Positions 1 to 7,957 of a stretch of 9,739 nucleotides of DNA are shown here, in pieces; within the stretch, counting starts at the first letter, position 1, and each line of letters begins with the position of its first letter. The notes below the pieces were generated by a model. The model worked only from the letters and a program-made list of their open reading frames with translations, did no database searches and was not told the origin of the DNA. Origin of the DNA: Octopus sinensis (lineage: Eukaryota). The position numbers and the translations under genes are program-made. The stretch covers positions 1 through 9,739 of the forward strand of contig NW_021827757.1 in NCBI RefSeq assembly GCF_006345805.1, read 5' to 3'.

Positions 1-14
1 TTTGGTTTGTTATA

Positions 15-247
15 CATATATGTGTGTATTATATACGCAAAAAAGTCTGTTGCTAAATGCAAATACACACGAGCGCGCGTGCACATACACACACACACAC
101 AAACACACATGTGTATACATACCCATGTATACATCTGCATACATGTATATGCATGTATAATTGTATATATATATATGTATGTGTGTGTGTGTGTGTAGGT
201 ACGCATTTATGCATAAATTTTATATCCGTCCGTGCGTGTGGGTGTTG

Positions 248-310
<63 letters not shown>

Positions 311-333
311 CATACATATATATACATACATAC

Positions 334-410
<77 letters not shown>

Positions 411-420
411 ATATGTATGC
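15..420. repeat. Compound dinucleotide microsatellite region: (TA)n, (TG)n, (CA)n, (CATA)n
   Basis: Direct reading: near-perfect (TA)n at ~253-397 and (TG)n at ~180-196, with interspersed CA/TACA runs. Confidence 0.95.
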
Positions 421-471
421 TTGCCTGTATGTCAAAAAAGTTTGTTGCTAAACAACACTTTTTAAACATAG

Positions 472-703
472 GCAAACACACAAACCATAAAAAGCGATGT
501 AAGACAAAAGAAAATTCAATAGTTAGAAAGCATCAACGAGAACAAACACAACGACGACAGCAGCGCCACCACCCCAGCAACAATTGCAAAGGAAAAAGTA
601 AAAAACATCTGAAGGAAAATGGAGGGGAAAAAAATGAAGCGAAGACGTTTCTGAAAATGTTGGAGTTGAGAAGGAAAGATTTTGGACAGATTAAGAGATG
701 AAG
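472..703 (+). other. Candidate exon (5'UTR-like, ending ATG AAG before a consensus donor)
   Basis: Non-repetitive purine-rich island between microsatellites. Possible acceptor TTTTTAAACATAG|G at 471/472; consensus donor AAG|GTGAGT at 703/704; ATG at 698-700. No transcript evidence. Confidence 0.3.
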
Positions 704-760
704 GTGAGTTGACTTAAGGACTGTCCGCCATTAAATGTGTCTCTTAGGAATTACTACTTA

Positions 761-800
761 CATATATATATATAGATATATGGTGTGTGTGTGTGTTGTG

Positions 801-831
<31 letters not shown>

Positions 832-956
832 TGTTATAATATGCATGTGTGTGTATATATGCCATATTTATATACATATATACATACATACAAACATAAT
901 ACATACATATATACAAACATATATATATATTATATGGTATATTATATATGTATATA

Positions 957-1005
<49 letters not shown>

Positions 1006-1085
1006 GATCTCATCTGGCATACAATGATGGACACAGGCAAAATGTATATATGTTTACATACATATTTATTCATAGATACGTACTT

Positions 1086-1117
<32 letters not shown>

Positions 1118-1121
1118 TATA

Positions 1122-1165
<44 letters not shown>

Positions 1166-1192
1166 GCATACATACATTTATACAATACATGC

Positions 1193-1229
<37 letters not shown>

Positions 1230-1453
1230 TATAACAACATACACAAATACAGGAATATAGGTATATGTGTGTACATACATACATACATTCATACACACAC
1301 AAATGATTTATTTTGATACTGGTTTCGGTTATTAACGGCCATACTGAGTATATAAATGCTCTCACACACACATCTATATATATATTTGTGTGTGTGTATA
1401 TATACATATATATACATGCATACTTACATACATACTTACATATATATATATAC
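761..1453. repeat. Compound (TA)n/(TG)n/(CATA)n microsatellite region
   Basis: Direct reading: (TG)n ~784-833 and long (TA)n runs ~960-1002 and ~1088-1161. Confidence 0.95.
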
Positions 1454-1454
1454 A

Positions 1455-1461
1455 TCTATCA

Positions 1462-1541
<80 letters not shown>

Positions 1542-1586
1542 GTCTGTCTGTCTTTCTGTCTGTTTGTCTGTCTGTCTGTGTCTGAC

Positions 1587-1682
<96 letters not shown>
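1455..1682. repeat. Compound tetranucleotide microsatellite (TCTA)n-(TCTG)n-(TCTA)n (GATA/GACA type)
   Basis: TCTA ~1455-1540, TCTG ~1540-1617, TCTA ~1617-1682. Confidence 0.97.
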
Positions 1683-1834
1683 GTTTATCCTTCTCTATGC
1701 GTTTATGCGTGTATTCCCGAAGAGTAATTGCTTTCCTTCTGATTCTAATAATCAACATTCATAACGAATGGCATGCATAAAACCTTTTATGAATTCCGTC
1801 CTATGTTCCTGCCAAAAGGAAGAGTGATTATACC

Positions 1835-2088
1835 TGGCCCTCCGTCGGTTACGACGACGAGTGTTCCAGATGATCCGATCAACGGAAGATCCTGCTCGTG
1901 AAATTAACGTGCAAGTGGCTGAGCACTCCACGGATACTCGTACTCTTAACATAGTTCTCAGGGGGATTCAGCGTGACACAGAGTGTACCAAGGCATGCCC
2001 TCGTGAATTAAAGGTACTACTTGTTATCTGAATGAACTGGAACAACGTGAAAAAAGTGTCTTGCTTAAGGACACAACGCGCTGCCGGG
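1835..2088 (-). mobile_element. 5'-truncated SINE copy (octopus-type family, tRNA head missing)
   Basis: Minus strand reads CCCGGCAGCGCGTTGTGTCCTTAAGCAAGACACTT...GCTGAATCCCCCTGAGAACTATGTTAAG...GTCGTCGTAACCGACGGAGGGCCA. GTTGTGTCCTTRAGCAAGACACTT resembles the start of CORE/V-type SINE central domains, and the whole matches an abundant octopus SINE from memory. Family name not verified. Confidence 0.8.
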
Positions 2089-2659
2089 TACCATTGGGTA
2101 CTATTGTGACATCTGTTAGTTGGAGACCATTGCGACATCTGATAGTTGGGTACCATTGCAACATCTGTTAGTTGGGTACCATTGCGACATCTGTTAGTTG
2201 GGAACCATTGCGTCATCTGTTAGTTGGGTACCATTGCGACATCTGTTAGTTGGGTACCATTGCAACATCTGTTAGTTGGGTACCATTGCGACATCTGTTA
2301 GTTGGGTACCATTGCGACATCTGTTAGTTGGGTACCATTGCGTCCTCTGTTAGTTGGGAACCATTGCGTCATCTGTTAGTTGGGTACCATGGCGACGTCT
2401 GTTAGTTTGGTACCATTGCATCATCTGTTAGGTGAGCACCATTGCGTCATCTGTTAGTTGGGTACCATTGCGATATCTGTTAGTTGGGTATCATTGTGTC
2501 ATCTGTTGGGTACCATTGCGTCATATGTTAGTTTGGTACCATTGCGGCATCTGTTAGTTGGGTACCATTGCGACATCTGTTAGTTGGGTACCATTGCGAC
2601 ATCTGTTAGTTGGGTACCATTGCGTCATCTGTTAGTGGGGTACCATTGCGACATCTGTT
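2086..2659. repeat. 26-bp minisatellite, 22 units plus a 10-bp partial; consensus GGGTACCATTGCGACATCTGTTAGTT
   Basis: Units counted by hand start at 2096, 2122, 2148 and so on to 2638. The unit at 2486 has a 4-bp deletion and the last unit is truncated. There are no spacers. Confidence 0.97.
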
Positions 2660-2749
2660 CCGCTCACCTGGAAACAAGTTGTTTTCTTTGTCTTTCAGAA
2701 TTTGTTTTATTTTATTCTATAGGATATTCTTGCAGTTAAGGCTTTATAG

Positions 2750-2908
2750 GCTGTCGGAAATGAGGTTCAGTCTCTGTTGAGGGTTGGTATCTCGTGTGCC
2801 AAAATGACCGCGGGAGCTATGGCAGCGAAGCGTGAACTTGTAGGGCTTCTCAAGGTGGATAGTTCAAAGGACAACGACCAGACCAATATGGTCCACCTCT
2901 TCTCAGAG
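2750..2908 (+). other. Weak candidate internal exon (phase 0-0, 53 codons, AVGNEVQSLLRVGISCAKMTAGAMAAKRELVGLLKVDSSKDNDQTNMVHLFSE)
   Basis: GC-richer open frame bounded by TTTATAG|GCT and GAG|GTAACA. No recognisable homology. Stronger upstream AGs at 2698 and 2722 compete, and use of the one at 2722 would put a stop in this frame. Confidence 0.2.
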
Positions 2909-3249
2909 GTAACAATAGGTTTGTGTAGAGCATACAACTTTACATAGAAGAAAAAATATAGTTACGAAAGCATGATAAGAAAACGTGGGAGAAGGACTTA
3001 TCTTAAGAGAACATATAAGTTAGAGCTGAAAAAGTAAGACTCCAGCTGACAAAAAGCAAAAAAGACAGCCCAGAGCAGAAAAGACTGTTTCGCAGAGAGA
3101 AGGTGTTCAGAGAGAGAGAGAAAAAAGGAAATCAGGTTAAGGTTATTATTTTTAGTGCTTTTATCTTTCTTTAATATTAGGGTTTAAAAGGGTCCCCCAC
3201 TCACAATTAATCAATCAGGAGTTGTCCATGGCTCCATCAACATATTAAA

Positions 3250-3697
3250 TATCTTTAGTAGCACCTTATGTGTCTCTGTTAAATATTTTAGTGAGCATTT
3301 TTGAATCAATCCACCGGGTTTTTGTTTTCGATTTAACGAGGACCTCTTCTTAGATGTATTCTTTAATTTCTGATAATTCTTGTTTTTAATGTTTTATTTC
3401 TGTAATATTTGTTTTTCCTGTAAAGCCTACGTTTCAGTAGTAATTGTCTCCTCTTTAATATCTTTTATTTTAGTACTATTTGTCCCCCGCTTTCATTTTT
3501 GTTGTTAAGGACAGAGATGTCTTCTATCTATATCTCTAACCTTTCCCACTATATTTATTTTCCATGTTCTTTAATTGCGTTCAGTATTCCTTTATTTGTA
3601 AGTCTCAAGTAATCCCCATTTTCCTTTATAATTACATTGGTTGCTGTATATATTCTTATATTTAGCTTGGTTATATTGATGCTCGTGACTGTCTTAA
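3250..3697 (-). mobile_element. Decayed non-LTR retrotransposon ORF fragment, R4/Dong-like (region N-terminal to RT)
   Basis: Hand translation of the A-rich minus strand gives SINITKLNIRIYTATNVIIKENG, then WERLEI*IEDISVL, then a frameshifted TLKQ. This order resembles, from memory, the R4/Dong pattern NIT.LN.LIYA.A.V....G / W.RRLE..I...R.DIS.L / ELKQR. Multiple stops and frameshifts. Confidence 0.5.
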
Positions 3698-4219
3698 GAT
3701 TATTAATTTTTTTTTATCTTGATTTAAAAGCTATAATTTCATCGTTCTTTTATGCCATTATTGTTTTGATGGTTGGATTTGCATTTTTGATGCTATTTTA
3801 TCATTATTATATTTGAGAGGATCTTTCATTGGTCTATAGAAATGGGTCTGTGAAGAGGCCAATCGTGGCCCGTGGCGCTCTATGTAGCTTTCTCAGGAAA
3901 CAATTTTGAGCATTAAGGGTGCTGAATTATTTAACGAACTAAATCTGGAAGAGTCGTGGGTAATTTAAGGATAAAACTCACTAATTTCCAGCCAAATATC
4001 GGATGCAATAATAAATTAGTATTCACCAAACACATATTTTACATTTAATATTCCGACTGTATCAATAGAATTGGACTAAATTTTTATTGTTCTTTATAAA
4101 TTTCGTTAAGTATTCTCCCCAAATTACTTTAAATATTTTTTTTTATTAAAAAACAATAATGGCATAAAAGAACGATGAAATTATAGCTTTTAAATCAAGA
4201 TTTTATAAAATTAATAATC
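3698..4219. repeat. Inverted repeat pair: 3698-3767 and 4150-4219 (70 bp; inner 52 bp perfect), spacer 382 bp
   Basis: 3716-3767 is the exact reverse complement of 4150-4201 (AAAACAATAATGGCATAAAAGAACGATGAAATTATAGCTTTTAAATCAAGAT). The outer 18 bp match with 4 mismatches. Confidence 0.95.
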
Positions 4220-4526
4220 CTTTCTGATTTTATTTATTTGTATACTTATGTATTTGTTTGTTTCTTGCTTTCTTTTTTTATTTGGTTACTTATTTAAATA
4301 CACATCGATAAACTTTATCACGATTTAATTGCAACGAAACAAAGAAACATAAAAAAATAATAAAACGCTTTGGATTAAGCAGCAGAAATTTACACAATAG
4401 GGATCGATAACTTATCGACGATTCTATGACAGGGTTAAAGATATATAAAATCACCAACCTCTAATCCACGGGAAATTTCATTATTTACATTATTTAGATT
4501 TGACGGATATTTGTCATTTTGTTGTT

Positions 4527-4555
4527 AACACAACGTTTTGGCTTCATCAGGTGTC
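4527..4555 (-). ncRNA. Hammerhead ribozyme remnant with stem II deleted (inactive)
   Basis: Minus strand GACAC CTGATGA A GCC AAAA CGT T GTGTT is identical to the plus-strand motif except for a 17-nt deletion that removes the stem II hairpin. Confidence 0.7.
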
Positions 4556-4605
4556 TTGGGGAAATTTCAAACCTGGATTCTCATTCCTAAGGTATTTTTC
4601 TATAT

Positions 4606-4662
4606 CATCATCATCATCATCATCATTATTATCCTAAGGTATTTTTCTATATGTTGTTGTTG

Positions 4663-4742
<80 letters not shown>
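4606..4742. repeat. (CAT)n, (GTT)n and (ATT)n trinucleotide tracts containing a 21-bp direct duplication
   Basis: TCCTAAGGTATTTTTCTATAT occurs at 4585-4605 and 4632-4652. (ATT)n runs ~4668-4742. Confidence 0.95.
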
Positions 4743-4781
4743 GTTCAGGTCACTGCCTGAAATCGGACTCGGAATCTTGGG

Positions 4782-4971
4782 ATAATAATAATATAGAAAA
4801 ATACCTTAGGAATGAATGAGAACCCAGGTTTGAAATTTCCCCAAGACACCTGATGAAGGCTGGAGAGTATATCAGCCAAAACGTTGTGTTAACAACAAAC
4901 AAGGTGAAGACAAATATCCGTCAAATGTAAATAATGTACATAATTCCTCATCTCTTAAATATAGAACTGTA
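4782..4971 (+). mobile_element. Plus-strand copy of the hammerhead-bearing 3' segment (Penelope pLTR-like / SINE 3' part)
   Basis: ATAATAATAATATAGAAAAATACCTTAGG...CAAATATCCGTCAAATGTAAATAATGTACATAATTCCTCATCTCTTAAATATAGAACTGTA. Inverted relative to 4480-4605. The 3' end is placed from memory of the family. Confidence 0.8.
4845..4890 (+). ncRNA. Minimal type I hammerhead ribozyme motif (Penelope-type), probably inactivated by G12>A
   Basis: Stem I GACAC(4845-49)/GTGTT(4886-90); core CTGATGA(4850-56) plus an extra A; stem II GGCTG(4858-62)/CAGCC(4873-77); AAAA(4878-81) where GAAA is expected; self-complementary ACGT stem III; cleavage triplet GUU after 4885. Confidence 0.75.
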
Positions 4972-5330
4972 AGATTCTTTATTCTCTGTAATTCTTCAAT
5001 TAATTCCTTTTTCAGATTTTTATAGTTTTGATCTCCATCTGTAGAATTTTTACCAGTCTTAAATCTTCCAACTTATTCCATTTAATTTTTTTTTGTTTAT
5101 TTTGATTTGTTACGGTTATTTTATCGGTCAATATTTCGTAAATGTTCTGGGGCTTAGATTTGTCGCGTATTGTTATAAACTTTATTCGTTTTGGATCTGT
5201 TAATTCTATTTTCGTGGTTTACATTCTCAGAGGTTTTATTGCAAATCTTTTCAGATTCGATTCTTGTGTTTATGAAATGTATTGTTTCTTTTAAATGCTC
5301 TTTTAAAATTTCTGATATTTTTCCGTTTTG
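4972..5330 (-). mobile_element. Possible decayed retroelement ORF remnant (A-rich coding strand)
   Basis: With two frameshifts the minus strand gives EILKEHLKETIHFINTRIE...KKIKWNKLEDLRLVKIL...KKELIEELQRIKNL. This faintly suggests a zinc-finger remnant followed by a Myb-like W..EDL motif, as in R2-superfamily N-termini. Weak. Confidence 0.25.
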
Positions 5331-6147
5331 AAAACGTATCTTCTTTACGTAAACTAGCGAAATAAACGTAAGCGCAGAGATGCATCTACATCTGAGATAT
5401 TTCCTTCCTAATTTTAGAAAATTTAGAAATTTAGAACATTCCTAAAGTTAGAACATTGGCAACTTACTACCTTTTTTGAACACGAAATTATTGTCTTCTG
5501 GTGTGAAAATAACTCTAAACATCCGACAGAGTTTTATCTGGGAATGATGACATCAATAGCAACTAGTCATTCAAGTCCCTGATAAACACATTAAAAGCAT
5601 ATTTTTGTCAGTAGGAGTGAACGTCGAAGTTGATGTAAACAGCCTAACCATTTGGGGGATAACATATTGGAATATCATTAACAATTTTGTCTTTGGCGCC
5701 TTTGCATTGACAGCCCATCGAGATGGTTTGTCAAGTAATAGAGTAGCGGCTGTGGCTCAGATAAAGTTAACAAGCTGCAGGAGCATACGCCGGCTACGGA
5801 ATGCGACGATTACTTTAACCTACTATTGTTGCCGATACACACTCCACAGCGACATTTTTTGTTAAGGATTAAATAAATATTTTAGCATTTGGAACACACA
5901 AACCTTTGTTCGTCTTTCGACCAACCAAATATTTAGTCATTAAAAGTATATTGTCGTAGTTTTCGTTTTTGGAGGGAGTATCGCTGTAAAATATGCATGC
6001 AGAATAGAAACATATTCGTATCGAATCCAGTTGTATCTGTTCTGTTTTAATTACGAAACTTGAAAATAAAATGTGGTCGTTTATTGAGATAGTCATCATT
6101 TTCGTCGGCACCAGTTTACTAGTTTTTGTGGGCGTATAGCTTTTGCA

Positions 6148-6338
6148 CACGTGATTTTCATACTTATTATAATCAATTTCAAAGTACACGTGCCCTCATT
6201 AGTAACAGCCTCGGACTGAATAATACACCACGGCATCTATTTTGTATTATTTGTATTAGTCTGTGTTGTTGATGGTGGTTGCAAATAAATCGCTCCTATG
6301 TTGATATGGGCCGTACTTTAAGTGTTGGTTTACACGTG
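6148..6338. promoter_or_regulatory. Cluster of three canonical CACGTG E-boxes
   Basis: CACGTG at 6148-6153, 6187-6192 and 6333-6338, each preceded by A. Function is inferred only. Confidence 0.35.
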
Positions 6339-6669
6339 GTACATGACTTAAACAAATACTGTAAACATTTGTAATAAATCGATCATATTTTATAAGGGTT
6401 GATCAATGCATTTTATACGGTATCTTTTATACAACTATTTTTCAAAATTTTCATCATTGTCTTTTCGATTTGACTTATTGCATCATTCTTTTTTTTTTTT
6501 ATCTGCGTTTCGAAGTTTTAACTATAAAGGGAGCGACATCTTCTAAGACTGTTGAAGCATTTAATTTTAGTTTCGCTAACATAATTTTCAAAACAGTCGA
6601 GAAACAATTACTTATGTAAACTCGTTCGTTGGTTTCGTTCTTGATGATATTCGGCAGATAATACAGAAC

Positions 6670-6860
6670 AGCGAGCTGGCAGAATCGTTAGCACGCCGGG
6701 TAAGATGTTTAGCGTATTGCGTGCATCGTTACATTGTGAGTTCAAATTCCGCTAAGGTCGACTTTGCCTTTCATCCTTCCGGATGTTTAGCACTGGAGTT
6801 GATGCAATCGATGAGACCCCTTCACACAAAATTTCAGGCCTTGTGCCTATAGCAGAAAGG
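6670..6860 (+). mobile_element. tRNA-derived SINE (octopus-type), copy 1, with (ATT)n tail to 6924
   Basis: A-box TGGCAGAATCG 6677-6687; B-box GAGTTCAAATTCC 6738-6750; core GTCGACTTTGCCTTTCATCC (Meta-domain-like from memory); ends GAAAGG(ATT)n. Lacks part of the core present in copy 2. Confidence 0.9.
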
Positions 6861-6924
6861 ATTATTATTATTATTATTATTATTATTAGTTATTATTGTT
6901 ATTATTATTATTATTATTATTATT
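6861..6924. repeat. (ATT)n microsatellite (SINE tail)
   Basis: Direct reading. Confidence 0.95.
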
Positions 6925-7490
6925 GAGTGAGCGAGCAGAGCATGCCATCAAAGTGACACTGGGGTAAAATATACGAAGCCCAGTATACCCTCATGACTAC
7001 CCGTCTGATAAGGGTACACCAGGCACACATGCATCACAACCATATGTGCGCGACATGGTGATCTCATATCAAGATAAACACACATGACCTTGCAGGTGGA
7101 GCCCAGTAGAATTTTCTTCAGATCGAGTAACCCATCCCGCTCAAAAGGTCCCTGAATAAGGGTTGTTTAAGGACGTTGAACGAAACACCCATGTTTCCAG
7201 AGGTGAATTATTCAAACCCCAAAGAATCCTTCTCAACATGGCTATGATGCTCCCCCACACTTCTGCTCATGATCAGAGATGCACATATCGTCAGCCACTA
7301 AGGGACATGCTCAACTGGTTAAGGTCAAACAACTGACAAGCAAATCTGTGGTATTGAGCAGAATATTTGCTGTAGCCATCTTTTATACCAAGACAAAACA
7401 ATGTACATGATAACATGTCCAATCAGTTAATCAGAAGCCATGAGAGCCACTGCCTGGTGCTGCATCAGGGCATGGTACTGCATCAGGGCA
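6925..7490. mobile_element. ~565-bp non-coding interspersed element flanked by (ATT)n on both sides, orientation undetermined
   Basis: GAGTGAGCGAGCAGAGCATGCCATCAAAGTGACACTGGGG...CTGCATCAGGGCA is complex sequence inside ATT tracts. I recall it as a high-copy octopus repeat. No ORF and no clear A/B boxes. Confidence 0.75.
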
Positions 7491-7512
7491 TTTTATTATT
7501 ATTCTATTATTA

Positions 7513-7572
<60 letters not shown>

Positions 7573-7623
7573 TACTTATTATTACTATTATTATTACTAT
7601 TATTACTATTTTATTATATTTTA

Positions 7624-7658
<35 letters not shown>

Positions 7659-7685
7659 TATTATTATTATTATTATTATATTATT
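7491..7685. repeat. Long degenerate (ATT)n/(ACT) microsatellite
   Basis: Direct reading. Confidence 0.95.
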
Positions 7686-7878
7686 AAGCGGAGAGCTGGC
7701 AGAAATGCTTAGCGGTATTTCATCCGTCTTCACGTTCTGATTTCAAATTCCGCAGAGGTCGACTTTGCCTTTCATTCTTTCGGGGTCGATGAAATAAGTA
7801 CCAATTATGCATTGGGGTCGATGTAATCGACTTACCCCGTCCCCGCAAATTTCAGGTCTTGTGCTTATAATAGAAAAG

Positions 7879-7879
<1 letters not shown>
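7686..7879 (+). mobile_element. tRNA-derived SINE, copy 2 (same family as 6670-6860), with (ATT)n tail to 7911
   Basis: GAGCTGGCAGAA-ATGCTTAGCGG has an ~19-20-nt deletion relative to copy 1 that truncates the A-box. Also GATTTCAAATTCC (B-box-like), the full core CTTTCATTCTTTCGGGGTCGATGAAATAAGTACC, and the end GAAAAG(ATT)n. Confidence 0.9.
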
Positions 7880-7914
<35 letters not shown>

Positions 7915-7957
7915 TGTGTGTGTGTGTGGTGTGTGTGTGTGTGTGTGTGTGTGTGTG
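7880..7957. repeat. (ATT)n tail followed by (TG)n
   Basis: Direct reading. Confidence 0.95.

Larger units (their letters stand above)
4480..4781 (-). mobile_element. Minus-strand copy of a SINE-like element: partial tRNA-like head, (AAT)n tract and hammerhead-bearing 3' segment
   Basis: Minus strand reads CCCAAGATTCCGAGTCCGATTTCAGGCAGTGACCTGAAC (degenerate B-box-like GAGTCCGATTTC), then (AAT)n/(AAC)n/(GAT)n, then ATATAGAAAAATACCTTAGGAATGAGAATCCAGG...CTGATGAAGCCAAAACGTTGTGTT. Segment 4480-4605 is the inverted copy of 4791-4944. Confidence 0.8.

Noticed and set aside
57-701. 214-aa ORF with a basic C-terminus
   Set aside because: Two thirds is microsatellite, and the Lys/Arg-rich tail reflects A-rich sequence with no recognisable domain.
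7-1764. Numerous supplied ORFs (YI/CV/HT/LSIY-rich)
   Set aside because: They are translations of (TA)n, (TG)n, (CA)n and (TCTA)n microsatellites, which lack stops in some frames.
1752-2216. Minus-strand ORFs 1752-1952 and 1968-2216
   Set aside because: They lie within the SINE and the minisatellite. The 26-bp period cycles through frames and normally contains stops.
2086-2659. 26-bp repeat array as a CRISPR array
   Set aside because: Units are contiguous with no unique spacers, the context is eukaryotic and there are no cas genes. It is a minisatellite.
3838-3941. RNG..RPIVARGAL / SIKGAELFNEL resembling a CR1/L2 RT C-terminal GP.LFN.LP motif
   Set aside because: Too short, needs a frameshift, and chance similarity cannot be excluded without a search.
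4538-4819. 93-aa ORF with poly-I/C/Y
   Set aside because: Trinucleotide-repeat translation inside the inverted element.
5411-5460. Repeated TTTAGAA / GAAcaTTC as a heat-shock element
   Set aside because: Only two correctly phased nGAAn units; compatible with AT-rich slippage.
5605-6189. ORFs 5605-5865 (+) and 5869-6189 (-)
   Set aside because: Non-ATG starts, no recognisable domain and no convincing splice boundaries. Not called, although a homology search is still worthwhile.
7110-7295. Hammerhead-like cores CTGAAGA and CTGACGA on the minus strand of the 565-bp element
   Set aside because: No stem II followed by GAAA and no stem I/III pairing could be built. No HDV-like fold was found by eye either.
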